From: Candidatus Multivoradales bacterium
GTDB lineage: Bacteria > Acidobacteriota > Thermoanaerobaculia > Multivoradales > J023
Length of the DNA stretch: 64,000 bases
Reading direction: 5' to 3'
Assembly: GCA_965248925.1 (NCBI GenBank)
Contig: CBDFLE010000006.1
Coordinates: 480,001 to 544,000 of the forward strand
This document shows positions 8,951 to 19,606 of this stretch, piece after piece. The notes below the pieces were generated by a model that saw only the letters and a list, made by a program, of their open reading frames with translations, had not been told where the DNA came from and did no database searches. Numbering within the stretch: position 1 is the first letter of the stretch; each line of letters opens with the position of its first letter. Made by a program: the position numbers and the translations under genes.

Positions 8951-11053
8951 ATGCATGAATCTCGTACATACATTCGGTCAGCCATCTCTCTTCTAATCAT
9001 TGCAGTCGTCACTTCACCGACATTGCATGCCGACCAAGAGACTGTCGTAAGGGGTAAGCAGCTTTGGAAGCACTACAGAATGGCGCTCTCAAAACCGGAG
9101 TTGGGACCCTCTCAGATGCTGCATGTAGCGGAACTACTAGAAGCTCCTCTCAATCAGTATGAGACTGCCGCGACGCTTTACTATTCACTCCGAAATAACG
9201 AGGAATCGTCCCAAGAAACAGCTCGTCGAGCAGGAGAAGGGTATAAAAGATGTCTTCAGGGAATATTCAACTCTATCGAGAGCCACAAGTACTCCCTTCG
9301 AGCATTCGTCAAGCAAGGCACGCCCTTCTTCGCTCAGCGAGACGAGAAGAGCATTGGGAAGACAAGAAAGGATGTGGGATTCACGGTTCTTGGCTTCGCT
9401 GGAGGCTTCTGCCATGTCGAGCTGCCCGAAGAGCTTAAAGGTGAAGTCTTCCCGTTCCTGCCCGCGCCTCCACCGAGCAAGCATGAGGACTCCATCATCG
9501 GAGATATCCTCAAGAGAAATCCGACCCTTGCTCCGACTGAAGAAGTACGTGGTTGGATCAAGCTCAAAGGCATTCAAGAAGTACGAGCGGTCGCAAGCGA
9601 TCCCCTCAAGCACTACCCTAAGCTCAATGCGTACCGCGACTTCATAAGGCGTCCAGAGATTGATGCCTATAGAGAAGAAGTAAGGGCTCGACTGGATGAC
9701 CTGGAATTCCAGAAGGCTTCGGAGTTGACCTATCACTCTCTCGAGGCTCTCGATGCATACCTGAACGACTATCCAACTGGACGGCACGTTGACGCAGCGA
9801 GAATAAAGCGGGAGGAGGTATTTTGGCAGAGTTCTACAGGCGGATCTCGACCTTGGGAAGAGTACTTGGAAGAATATCCCAATGGTCGATACGCTCAGGA
9901 GGCGTTGAGGAGAATTGAGGTTAGAGACTTCGCTGTTGCTCGCGAAGATGGGACGGAAGACTCCCTTCAGAAGTTTCTGACTCTTCATCCTGACGGTGCT
10001 CACTCGCAAGAAGGAAGGATAGAGCTTGAGAGGATTCGCTTCGAGTCTGCAATCGACGATGGAAGCAAACGCTCCCTCCAAGGGTTTCTTGATCAATATC
10101 CATCTAGCTCCCGCGCGAATCAAGTTCGAGCTGCGCTTCGCGAGCGTTCCGCGGCAGACGCACTCGCTGTTTCCTCCAGTCATGACGACCTAAGGCGCAT
10201 TGCGAGAATCTATGCTGACACAAGAGCGGGCGACACCGCTTGGCGGAAAATAGAAGCAGAAGACTACCGAAAAGCTAGGCAATCTGAAGGCTTCGATGCT
10301 CTCATGGATTTCGCTAATCGTTATTCTGGAGACTCAAGAGCGTCAACGCACGTAAGTTGGGCAAGGACAAGGGCCAGGTACATCGAAGTGCTTCATTCTG
10401 ACTCCTACGAAGAACTTCGTTCATTCTGGAGACAATATTCGGTCGAGCGCTCTATCCTCTCTGACGACGAGGAGCGCCGATTGGCGGGCTTGCTCCTCTC
10501 AGAGGCCAAATCAAGAAACGACTTTGATGCATTAGTTTCGATTTTCGACGACTACCGAACAGCAAGCATCTTGGACGATCTTAAGAAACTCGTCCAGTCG
10601 AAGCATCAAGAAGCAGCTCTCGTTTCGCGGATGCCGACTTCGTTTTTTAGACTTGGTTCGGGAAAGATGGGTACAGAATACAGTGGCGCCGCCATTTCCT
10701 TGCTGCTCAACCAGACAAAGACGGCAAAGCCCAAGGTCTCTCTACCAGTACGATCGGCAGCTCAGCATGGCACGTACTATGTCGAAGCAGTTATCACGGT
10801 GAAACTTACTTTTCGGAAGGAATATTCTGGCCTACTGGCCCGAGATCGAATTGAATACGAAACAAAAACAGTGACCACTGGCGCTAGCGTTGTACTCGGT
10901 CCAGGTGGATCGGGGACCTTTCATTTCGAACTACCCAAGGTGACTGGATTCGACGAGACTGGTGCCAAGATCGTCGCCAAGGTAGTGACAAGGTTCGTCG
11001 AAGATGACTCAAAGATCGAATCGGTGGAATTTACTAAGGCGTCGTTACGGTGA
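8951..11053 (+). CDS. Secreted protein with tandem helical (Y/F)LxxYPxG repeats
   Basis: Signal peptide; YLNDYPTGRH, YLEEYPNGRY, FLTLHPDGAH, FLDQYPSSSR repeats. Confidence 0.8.
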   Translation: MHESRTYIRSAISLLIIAVVTSPTLHADQETVVRGKQLWKHYRMALSKPELGPSQMLHVAELLEAPLNQYETAATLYYSLRNNEESSQETARRAGEGYKRCLQGIFNSIESHKYSLRAFVKQGTPFFAQRDEKSIGKTRKDVGFTVLGFAGGFCHVELPEELKGEVFPFLPAPPPSKHEDSIIGDILKRNPTLAPTEEVRGWIKLKGIQEVRAVASDPLKHYPKLNAYRDFIRRPEIDAYREEVRARLDDLEFQKASELTYHSLEALDAYLNDYPTGRHVDAARIKREEVFWQSSTGGSRPWEEYLEEYPNGRYAQEALRRIEVRDFAVAREDGTEDSLQKFLTLHPDGAHSQEGRIELERIRFESAIDDGSKRSLQGFLDQYPSSSRANQVRAALRERSAADALAVSSSHDDLRRIARIYADTRAGDTAWRKIEAEDYRKARQSEGFDALMDFANRYSGDSRASTHVSWARTRARYIEVLHSDSYEELRSFWRQYSVERSILSDDEERRLAGLLLSEAKSRNDFDALVSIFDDYRTASILDDLKKLVQSKHQEAALVSRMPTSFFRLGSGKMGTEYSGAAISLLLNQTKTAKPKVSLPVRSAAQHGTYYVEAVITVKLTFRKEYSGLLARDRIEYETKTVTTGASVVLGPGGSGTFHFELPKVTGFDETGAKIVAKVVTRFVEDDSKIESVEFTKASLR

Positions 11054-11417
11054 GAGTGCCCTCATCAACTCAGTGAGTCTAGGCGGATGGATGCCATGTT
11101 TCTCACTTTCCGATCCTCATCTTTGGCAAGAGGCAGCAACAGCAGCCGGCACTTCTTGGCATCAGTACCAGGTACAGCGCCAACAGCAGCCAGCCGAACT
11201 TTCGGGGAAGTATCGGTCAGCAACCTGGCTACTGATTTTGGAAAAAGATCTACAGCTACGCTGTTTTTAACAGCAGACTGGCGAACACTGGGGGCAGTGT
11301 CCCCGAAGAGTTGTTTCATGATTTCAGGAAATAGAAGAGGTATTTCAGGATTCCTAGCCAAGCCAGACCTCACCGCCTTATCTGTATCGGAGTGAGCAGC
11401 GCGTATCCAGTCAGGGT

Positions 11418-12690
11418 CACTGCTGTCCCGTTAACTTCGCAGAAAAATAGGCTCAAACCTCCCTGGTCTTGATAGAATCAGTCATCGCTAAACGGCTGAA
11501 TCAAAGGGAGATCTGAGCCTTGGCACATCATAGCACCGTCTTCGCCCAGCTACTGCAACTGATTTCGAGACATGAATTCGAGGCCCTCGCAAAACGCCAC
11601 CACGCCGGTCGCCAGTTCCGCACTGCGAGCCGCTGGTCGCAGCTGGTGGCTCTGATGATGGCCCAGCTGTCCGGGCGTTCTAGCTTGCGCGACATCGTTG
11701 ACAATCTACGAGCGCAGCGGCACAAGCTCTACCATCTCGGCTGCCGAGTCCTGTCGCGATCTAACTTGGCACGGATCAACGAAGAGAAGCCCTATCTCCT
11801 TTTTGAAGAGCTATTTGGGAGACTTCTGGGGCATGCTCAGGCAGTGGCGCCCAAGCATACGTTCCGGTTCAAGAACCGCTTGTTCTCGCTTGACGCCTCG
11901 GTGATAGACCTCTGTCTGTCGATATTCCCATGGGCGAAGTTTCGTACGACCAAGGGAGCGATCAAGCTGCATGTGGGGTTGGATCACGGTGGCTACTTGC
12001 CTGCCTTCGTTGCGATCTCGGATGGAAAAACAGGTGACATCGCGGGCTGCAAGAGCCTGACGCTGCCACGAGGAAGCATCGTAGCTTGTGATCGTGGTTA
12101 CAACAGCTACAGCTGGTTTCGTCAGCTGAGCGAGAAGGGTCTTTTCTTTGTGACCCGTCTGAAGCGCGGGGCCAAGTACCGCGTGACCGAACGTCGAAGA
12201 GTCAATCGTTCCAAGGGTTTGATGAGCGACCAAACGATCGAATGGACCGGTGTGAAGGCGTGTCGTGACTGCCCGATGCCTCTGCGGAGAGTAGGCTATC
12301 GCGACCCTGAGACCGGCAAGATCTACTATTTCTTGACGAACCTGTTCCGCCTGTCACCTCAGACCATTGCCGATATCTACCACGAACGTTGGCAAATTGA
12401 ACTCTTCTTCAAGTGGATCAAGCAGAATCTGAAGATCAAGACTTTCGTCGGCACCAGCCGCAACGCCGTGCTGACTCAGCTTTGGATCGCCATGTGCGTC
12501 TACCTATTGCTCGCTTTCATCAAGCACAAGCACCGTCTTTCCAGTAGTTTACGGGAGGCCTTGCGCCTCCTTCAATTGAACCTCTTTGAGCGCCGCGACC
12601 TCATGGCCCTCTTGAAACGAGAGCCGCCGCCGATCCCAGGACTAGACGAAAGACAACTGGTAATCGTCGGAAGTTAACGGGACAGCAGTG
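11418..12690 (+). mobile_element. IS4-family element
   Basis: Perfect 21-bp IR CACTGCTGTCCCGTTAACTTC; 9-bp TSD AGTCAGGGT (11409-11417, 12691-12699). Confidence 0.97.
11520..12677 (+). CDS. IS4-family DDE transposase
   Basis: DASVIDL, KLHV, DRGY, YHERWQIELFFKWIKQ (YREK-like motif). Confidence 0.95.
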   Translation: MAHHSTVFAQLLQLISRHEFEALAKRHHAGRQFRTASRWSQLVALMMAQLSGRSSLRDIVDNLRAQRHKLYHLGCRVLSRSNLARINEEKPYLLFEELFGRLLGHAQAVAPKHTFRFKNRLFSLDASVIDLCLSIFPWAKFRTTKGAIKLHVGLDHGGYLPAFVAISDGKTGDIAGCKSLTLPRGSIVACDRGYNSYSWFRQLSEKGLFFVTRLKRGAKYRVTERRRVNRSKGLMSDQTIEWTGVKACRDCPMPLRRVGYRDPETGKIYYFLTNLFRLSPQTIADIYHERWQIELFFKWIKQNLKIKTFVGTSRNAVLTQLWIAMCVYLLLAFIKHKHRLSSSLREALRLLQLNLFERRDLMALLKREPPPIPGLDERQLVIVGS

Positions 12691-13398
12691 AGTCAGGGTA
12701 CAGGCGTGCTACGGCCGGATTCTCGGCGAGAGCCATGCGAATGCGTGGGTCACGATCGTCTTTAAGCATTCGGAACTCAATTGGAAAGAAATAGGGAATG
12801 ACTCTGTTTTTGGCAAGCGCCTGTCGAACTTCTGGACTAGGATCCCTCATCATCTTGTCTACATACGGTTTCCATCCTGAGCCGAATCCGAAGAACACTT
12901 GTTGACAGGCGGCAGCTCGAACTGTGGGCTCCGGATCGTCCAGAAGCCGCGAACAGTGCGGGTGGAATGATGGTGCCGATCTTGCGGCTGTCGCCCGAAC
13001 GACCGGATTGGAGTCAAGATAGAACTGATCCATCAGACGTGGGAAGATGGAATGCCACTCGTACCAGGCAACCTGATGGATTGCCTCCAGCTTGTCGGGT
13101 GGAGCCATACCACTGTAGCGAGATGTAAGTGCGTCTTCAAGGCGTTCTTGGTCGTGGTCTCCGAGATTCATCGCGAACATGAGCACCACAGATAGCCCGT
13201 CGCCTTCATCCAGTCGCTGCATTAGAGATTCAGGAGTGTCGCTTAGTAGAGATTCGTCCACTTCCTCTTGGAGGTTTGCCAAAGAGACGTGAAATTCCGG
13301 CTCGTGCTCTTCCGGAAGGAACACTGGTTCAGGGGTGGTTTCTTGCATTTGGCTAGTGAAAAATCTCACAATTATATCATGATTGACAGCTGAAAGAA

Positions 13399-14706
13399 AT
13401 GGAAAATCCCTGGCTCATCCTCGTCGGCCTGGTCGCCACCTTCCTCGGGTTCTCGAACCTGGAGAATGCGAGGCGTGGATTGATTTTCCGGCCGATGACC
13501 ATCTTCTGGTCACTCGTCGCGGGCTATTTCTGCTACCGCAACTTCCTCGATCTCTACCACGCTGGCGATCTCTACGTCTTGGCAGGGTTCGGTCTGTTGT
13601 TCGCGGCAGTGAGCCCGATCCTCGGCTGGCTCTGGTGGGGTCACGATGGCCAGATCCGCAAACGACTCTTCAGGACTTTTCTATTTCTTGTCCTCACCGC
13701 TGTTGGTTTCGTGGTGTGGCCGCTCTTCCCCGGAGTCGAAGCTGGAACCATCGTGGCAGGCCTTTCGTTGCTCACCGCCAGTCTCCCGTTTCTGGGGATG
13801 CGCAAGCGGCTGCGACTAGCCCGCTGGCAAGCACGGTCACGGCGAGATCGGCGCAGGGAGCGGCAAGAAGCCCGAAGACAGGAGCTTCGGGTTCAACAGC
13901 AGGACCAAGCGGTCGTCCGCGATCAAAACCGGACGGCCCAGTTGGAACGAGATCTGGAGTCGAGAGATCTGAGGATCGCCAAGCTAAAGAGCGGTGAGAA
14001 GAAACGTATCGCTGACCTCGCTCGCCAAAGGAAGGAAATCGCCGAGCAGATCCGCTTACTTCGGGAAGAGGAAGTAGGGCGAATCCGTCAGGGAAGTGGA
14101 AGTCTGCGTTTCCATCCCCACCACGGCTTTCTGATGGCAGAAGCGTGGCGGGTCCTTCGAGCCCAGATCGCTCGTGGCGATCGAATTCCTGCTGCCGAGC
14201 ACGATGCCTTTTTCTTCCAGGTGGTTGAGGAGCTGCTGGGGCCGAACGATTTCGAGGATCGGTACTTCCATACAAAGGGCAGAGCCGCCATTGGTGCGGT
14301 CAATCGGTATCTGGGAGGGCGAGATGCCTTGTCAACCGTTCGGAGTGCCGTCGCCCAGCTGCAACTCGACCCTGACCTCTTGGCGCCAGAACCACTCCCA
14401 GCCTACGACGGCCATGCTCTCCTAGAAGCCTGGCTGGTTCCGCATCGCCGATTCCAGCATCGTCTCTGGGAGGATTTTCAGGGAGGACTCCACCCCCAGC
14501 AGGAGGCAGTCATTCGATACCTCCGCAACCAGAATCTCGGCCTTCCGTCACCAGAGGAGTGGAGGAAACTCTGGGATGAGAATCCGCGGATCTTCGCCGC
14601 CAGCATCGACCCAGGATCGACCCCTACCCCAATTGCCATCGATGGAGCACAGCGGTTATGGAGAAGAGTGGTTTCGAGTATCTGGAACAACGCCAAGGTC
14701 AGATAG
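13399..14706 (+). CDS. Membrane protein with N-terminal TM bundle and coiled coil, overlapping the coupling-protein gene
   Basis: About 5 hydrophobic segments, then an R/E/Q-rich coiled coil. Confidence 0.75.
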   Translation: MENPWLILVGLVATFLGFSNLENARRGLIFRPMTIFWSLVAGYFCYRNFLDLYHAGDLYVLAGFGLLFAAVSPILGWLWWGHDGQIRKRLFRTFLFLVLTAVGFVVWPLFPGVEAGTIVAGLSLLTASLPFLGMRKRLRLARWQARSRRDRRRERQEARRQELRVQQQDQAVVRDQNRTAQLERDLESRDLRIAKLKSGEKKRIADLARQRKEIAEQIRLLREEEVGRIRQGSGSLRFHPHHGFLMAEAWRVLRAQIARGDRIPAAEHDAFFFQVVEELLGPNDFEDRYFHTKGRAAIGAVNRYLGGRDALSTVRSAVAQLQLDPDLLAPEPLPAYDGHALLEAWLVPHRRFQHRLWEDFQGGLHPQQEAVIRYLRNQNLGLPSPEEWRKLWDENPRIFAASIDPGSTPTPIAIDGAQRLWRRVVSSIWNNAKVR

Positions 14707-16586
14707 ACCACGGCGTCCTGGCGGGGCTTGATGAACAGCGAAGGGCCGTCCTCCTGACGGAATCAGATCGCTCCGTCCACACCTACATCTGCGGTGTCTC
14801 CGGATCGGGCAAGAGCCGGTTCCTTCAGAATCTGCTCTTCCAGGACATCAGCAAGGGCCACCCTGTCTGCCTCATCGATCCGATGGGAGATCTCTACCGA
14901 GCATCGTTGGACTTCATCGCCGCTGGGCTTGATCGGGCCAGCGATCACGGATTCCAGCGCCGCGAACTGCTCCAGCGCTACCTCTTCCTGGACGGGACTG
15001 ATGACGACAATCCCCTGCGGATCAATCCGCTGGAACCACACGCCAACGAGAGCAGTGAGCAGCAAGTCGATGACCTCATGCGTGCTCTCGAACGACTTCT
15101 GGGTGGCAACCTCGAAGACCAGCGACGCCTTCGCAACGTCCTTCGAGCCGCCTTCATGATGCTGGCAGAACTCAACCGCCTTCCTCGGGAGGATCGACCT
15201 TCCCTCCCTGGGCTGACAGCAGAGAACTTCCCTCTTCAAATCTCCCACGCTGCCGACCTCCTCAAGATGCCGGATCAACACCGGAAGGTGCTGCTCGATG
15301 CTCTCCCAAAAACGGCGCGGATGCACTTCCACCAGCAGTATTGGGAGTTCCTGGCGCTCAATAGCCAGCGCGACAAGAACCAGCTCATTCAGTCGAGCTG
15401 GAATGTCTTGCAGTACCTTCTCGCCGACGATCTCGTGCTCCGCGTGTTCGACACCAAGCACAGCACCTTCCAACCGAGTGAGGTGCTCCGACAGGGCCAG
15501 AGCCTCTTCTGCTTTCTGCCCAAGAACGAGAACCTGGCGGGCGCTCGATTCCTCGGTAAGTTCCTGACCACCAAGCTCCAGCATGCAGCCTATCGCCGAC
15601 CGGAAGCGGAGTGGAGCCGTCCCTGCTATCTCTACCTCGACGAGTTCCATCAGTTCGTCGATCAGCCATTCGCGGACGCCATGACCAATCTGCGGAAATT
15701 CGGGGTGCGGGTGACCAATGCCCACCAGTCGCAATCCCAGCCGCCATTCGACACGCCGGAGGGGCAATCCCTGCTGCGGACGATCACTGCGAATTCGCGG
15801 GTCAAGGTCTTGTTCCGGCTGGACCGACCCGATGCTGAGCGCATGAGTCGGGAGCTGTTCTCACTCAGCCAGCGGCGACCGAACTTCACTGCTATTGACG
15901 TGACAGTTGGCAAGAATGAGCAGCAGACTTCCAGTGTTGCTCGGTCCTCCGGTCAGACAACCGGGACCGGGCACAGCTCAATGACGTCTCTCGCCTCGGG
16001 GTCCAGCAGCGGGTCGGCCAGTCGGGAGCAAAGCGCTGGGAGCGATCTGGGGAGCGCATCCAGTTCGACCAGCAACACCGTTCGCCGTGATCAAGGCGAG
16101 TCTCGCCAGAGTTCCCATTCGACGGGTGAGCAAACCACCGATGGTCAGTCCCATGGAAAGTCTCGATCGGCCACCCTGCGAGACGTTCACTACACCCTGG
16201 ATGGGGAGCGGGAGCTGCTCATCAACGCCTTGCAGCGTCTGGGAGATCGTCAGTGTCTGCTCTCTACCGTCGCGCTCGAAGCCCGCCTCGTCGAGACGCC
16301 GTACGTCCCGGATTCCTTCTACGCCTACGTCGTCGAGAACCTGCCGGCGGTTCTCCTGGCGATGCAGCGGGATCGACTTTTCAGGTCGGGAGAGCAGGTG
16401 GTGCGTCTCGAACCGGTCCGGCTCTTGCCTGCCGCACCTCCAGCAGTTGCACTCGATCAGGAAGTGATCGATGTTGAACCTGTCGAGCGGGATGGAGAGG
16501 TGGTTTTGCCAGCGAAGGAAGCAGACGAGCGGGAGGTCATCGTCGTCAGGCCCGCGCAGGATGATGACGATCCGTTTTTGGATTGA
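14658..16586 (+). CDS. TraD/TrwB-like type IV coupling-protein ATPase
   Basis: Walker A GVSGSGKS, IDPMGD, Walker B LYLDEFHQF, RKFG...AHQS; Ser/Thr-rich insert. Confidence 0.85.
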   Translation: MEKSGFEYLEQRQGQIDHGVLAGLDEQRRAVLLTESDRSVHTYICGVSGSGKSRFLQNLLFQDISKGHPVCLIDPMGDLYRASLDFIAAGLDRASDHGFQRRELLQRYLFLDGTDDDNPLRINPLEPHANESSEQQVDDLMRALERLLGGNLEDQRRLRNVLRAAFMMLAELNRLPREDRPSLPGLTAENFPLQISHAADLLKMPDQHRKVLLDALPKTARMHFHQQYWEFLALNSQRDKNQLIQSSWNVLQYLLADDLVLRVFDTKHSTFQPSEVLRQGQSLFCFLPKNENLAGARFLGKFLTTKLQHAAYRRPEAEWSRPCYLYLDEFHQFVDQPFADAMTNLRKFGVRVTNAHQSQSQPPFDTPEGQSLLRTITANSRVKVLFRLDRPDAERMSRELFSLSQRRPNFTAIDVTVGKNEQQTSSVARSSGQTTGTGHSSMTSLASGSSSGSASREQSAGSDLGSASSSTSNTVRRDQGESRQSSHSTGEQTTDGQSHGKSRSATLRDVHYTLDGERELLINALQRLGDRQCLLSTVALEARLVETPYVPDSFYAYVVENLPAVLLAMQRDRLFRSGEQVVRLEPVRLLPAAPPAVALDQEVIDVEPVERDGEVVLPAKEADEREVIVVRPAQDDDDPFLD

Positions 16587-16620
16587 TAGGATTCCCACAA
16601 CTTGGATCGCTCATTTTGCC

Positions 16621-16649
16621 TTGCCTCCATATCGCTTCAATGATATAAT
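16621..16649 (+). promoter_or_regulatory. Sigma70-type promoter
   Basis: TTGCCT-17 bp-TATAAT with extended TGn. Confidence 0.7.
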
Positions 16650-16652
16650 GCT

Positions 16653-17318
16653 ATGAACTCTCATCCCCACCTCATGCACCAATCAATCTCCCGTGAGCGA
16701 CGCCTCGTCTTCCAGGAAGTTCCCCGTTCAGAGGAGCAACTCCCGCAGCAGCAGTCTCAGCTTCCCGAGCAAAAAGAGCAGCTTGCAGCCCGATATGGTC
16801 CCCGGTTGCAAGAGGCTATCGACAAGCTGTTGCCCCGCGATGAAGGTCAGCTGAAGGAGTGGAGAGAGCGGACCCATGAGCCGTTCACGTACGATGGTAA
16901 GACGTACCAGATCAAGTTCCTCGACAAGGAGGCTGGCGAAGGGAAAAGGCTCATCGGACTGAATCTTTCCACCGACCATGAGGTTCGCATCCAGAACCAA
17001 AATAGGAGCATAAATATAGTGGTCTCGCGTGATCATTTCATGAAGTCCTTGCTCAACGAGCAGATCTCGATCTACCGAATCGACAGGAATGCCCCAGAAC
17101 GTTCTGGAGGGAGCGACCCCTCGCTCTATCAGGTCGTCTTCGACCCCCTGAAGATCACCGTAGAGTTCGATACGAAAAGTGGCGAACTGTTCGGCGATAC
17201 CAGAGGGAAATCATCGACCGCTGCCGAACTCCAGCAAGTCTTGGCCTTTGTCGAGACAGAGCTACCGAAGATCACTTTGGCGGCGAAGGTTGAGGGAACT
17301 TCGAAGGAAGATCTCTAG
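16653..17318 (+). CDS. Hypothetical protein (true start probably ATG 16674)
   Basis: 221-aa ORF; first ATG lies only 3 nt after the -10 box; N-terminal RERRLVFQ motif. Confidence 0.7.
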   Translation: MNSHPHLMHQSISRERRLVFQEVPRSEEQLPQQQSQLPEQKEQLAARYGPRLQEAIDKLLPRDEGQLKEWRERTHEPFTYDGKTYQIKFLDKEAGEGKRLIGLNLSTDHEVRIQNQNRSINIVVSRDHFMKSLLNEQISIYRIDRNAPERSGGSDPSLYQVVFDPLKITVEFDTKSGELFGDTRGKSSTAAELQQVLAFVETELPKITLAAKVEGTSKEDL

Positions 17319-17351
17319 GACGATGAACCTGCACCGAGGAAATGAGGTTCG

Positions 17352-17993
17352 ATGATGCGAAACTGGAAACGGCATACTCGGCTTGTCGCTCTTTTCTGTG
17401 TCCTGCTCATTCTGGTGCCTGGACAAGCCAGTGCGGGACTGGGGATCTCCTTTGACCTCGTGTCAGTTGGTCCGTTTTCATTGGGGATCGGTATCCCGCT
17501 CAGAGGGGCATTGCCGCTGCTGGGAATCTTGGCAGCAGGAGCAGTTGTTGTCTCATTCTTTTCCGGAAGCGGACACCGCTCCTACAGCACCTCCTATCGC
17601 GGCGGGGAGTCTGTGACGGCTGTTCGCCAGACCATATCTGTGAGTCCGGATGATCATCTTCGGGGACGTTCACTCAGAATGAGACTCAGCGAATACCCAT
17701 GGTTTGAAGGAGAATGGTTCGAAGAAAGACGCATACCGCTTCCAGGCGCAGCGTATCTAGAGATTCAGGAGAACGGTCGGATGACGTTTAGGGAGTGCGG
17801 GTTTGAGGGATACGTCTACTGGCTCTACGATGGTTCCTTCACCGTTTGGGATGAGGCAGGCAAGCCAGTGTTGATACTGAAACCAAACTGGACGGCAGAA
17901 GGCAGCGATGAGCCATTCACCTTACTTCTTCTTGAGCAGTCAACTCGGAGTGCACAGGTCTTGAATTTGCTGTTCGGAAGGGAGGTCTCTTGA
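17352..17993 (+). CDS. Hypothetical membrane/secreted protein
   Basis: GAGG SD, signal peptide plus TM segment. Confidence 0.65.
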   Translation: MMRNWKRHTRLVALFCVLLILVPGQASAGLGISFDLVSVGPFSLGIGIPLRGALPLLGILAAGAVVVSFFSGSGHRSYSTSYRGGESVTAVRQTISVSPDDHLRGRSLRMRLSEYPWFEGEWFEERRIPLPGAAYLEIQENGRMTFRECGFEGYVYWLYDGSFTVWDEAGKPVLILKPNWTAEGSDEPFTLLLLEQSTRSAQVLNLLFGREVS

Positions 17994-18655
17994 TGAAAAC
18001 GATAGCGCAGACTCTAATACTCCTGGCACTTTCCCCGGCAGTCGTCGCGGCGGAGCAGGCGACTACTCCTACTGAGGCTGAACTGCCCTGTAAAAAGCGG
18101 ATCATTGCTGTCTGTTCAGAGACCGAGCAAGGGTCGCCGATCTGCGAGATAATCCGCTCGAAGCGTGAACTTACTCCAGCGAAGTTCAGTGACTTCCTTC
18201 GACATGTCGGTAGCCTCAGCGACGAACAAACAAGAGAGGATCTTTCCTGTGCGAGGCTCATGGGTGTGCAGGAATTCACTGACTTTCCGCTTTCTCACGA
18301 ATACCACCCTTCACCCAACGACGACCATATCGATCTACGCGTAAGATACTCAGACGAGTACATGGACAAGTTCTTCAGCAATATTCGCGAGCTAGACAAT
18401 GTTGGCATGTCAAGGTATCGCCCGAAGTGGGCCGGTGGAAGAGCCTCTTTCAAAGGATTTATTAGCAAGGTAGAGTTTCGGGACGCAGGATATTTATTCT
18501 ATCAGGCGGTAATACATGTTGACATCCTGAGTGTAGACTCCATCTCCATGGATATCCATGGCAGCTCGAAAGAAGCCGTGACGGGAAGCTCCCGAGAGTG
18601 GGCGCGAATTACCAGTGAGTCACTGAAGAAGGCGTACCAGGAACTGATGAACTGA
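17990..18655 (+). CDS. Hypothetical secreted protein
   Basis: GGGAGG SD, overlaps upstream stop, signal peptide ...AVVAA. Confidence 0.7.
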   Translation: MMKTIAQTLILLALSPAVVAAEQATTPTEAELPCKKRIIAVCSETEQGSPICEIIRSKRELTPAKFSDFLRHVGSLSDEQTREDLSCARLMGVQEFTDFPLSHEYHPSPNDDHIDLRVRYSDEYMDKFFSNIRELDNVGMSRYRPKWAGGRASFKGFISKVEFRDAGYLFYQAVIHVDILSVDSISMDIHGSSKEAVTGSSREWARITSESLKKAYQELMN

Positions 18656-19183
18656 AGAATCTACGACGGCGGCAGTCTCCTCGCCAACGCCCTCCCTGCC
18701 CCCATGGCATTGGTCCAAATCGGATCAAACACCAGATTCCGCTCCTTCACTGCTTCGATGGTGGTGATCGCCGCCAACTCGAACCCCAGCTTCTCCGAGA
18801 GTGCTCGAACCAGCGTAGCAGCTCGCCGGTCGTCGGTGGTCACGAGCAGAACGCGGAAGTCGCGCATGTCCCCATAGCGCTGCCAGAGAAATCGCGACGA
18901 ATCGTTGGGGTGTTAGCGGCTACGGGAAAGCGTACGTAGTTGGTGTAGAGCGCAGACCAGCACCATTCTCTAGATCCCGCCCAACGGAATCATCATCCCC
19001 GCCGCAGGCGGGTCCGTGATCTTGCAGAATAGGGCTGTGGACGGAAGAGACGAAGGTCCAGGGGCAATTTGACTAGGCGGTCGAAACCCCTGGACCTCCC
19101 CAAGAAGCGCGACCGATAGGCCGGCTCGCGCTAAGTATCTTCGGAAATCATCGTCTCGTCTACCCTCTGTCCAGCTGGAGACG

Positions 19184-19606
19184 GTGCGCGAGGACTACCG
19201 GTGGTATTTCTGTGCTGGGTGTCGAGCCTCGGTCGAGATCTGCTCGCACTGTGACCGGGGGCAGATTTACTGTGGCCAGGAGTGCTCCAGCGCCGCCCGC
19301 CGCGAGTCCTTGCGAGTTGCTGGTTGGCGCTACTGCCAGACCCCTCAAGGTCGCCGAAATCAGGCCGAGCGGCAGGCCCGATGGCGTCAGCGCCAGCAGG
19401 CCGAAGCGCAGAAAGTAACGCATCAGGGTACCCCACCCCCAGAGCCCCCAGTCATCCTCACTACGCCACCCCCGAGTGGGTCCAAGGACCGCCTTGCCCC
19501 GCTCGGCGAGCCGCGATGCTGCTTCTGTGGCGTTCTCTGCCGTCCATTCGTCCGTCTGGATCCCCTCAGACGACGACGGCGGCGCAAACGGAGAGATCGA
19601 AGATGA
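19184..19606 (+). CDS. IS21-internal Cys-rich accessory ORF
   Basis: CAGC, CSHC, CGQEC, CCFC; stop overlaps istA start. Confidence 0.7.
   Translation: MREDYRWYFCAGCRASVEICSHCDRGQIYCGQECSSAARRESLRVAGWRYCQTPQGRRNQAERQARWRQRQQAEAQKVTHQGTPPPEPPVILTTPPPSGSKDRLAPLGEPRCCFCGVLCRPFVRLDPLRRRRRRKRRDRR

Larger units (their letters stand above)
11065..13348 (-). pseudogene. HEAT-repeat protein interrupted by IS4
   Basis: Removing IS 11418-12690 and one TSD copy restores ...ARLYPD/WIRAAHSDTDKAVRSGLARNP...; repeats DSNPVVR, DPEPTVR, DPSPEVR, DTSPKVR. Confidence 0.9.
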
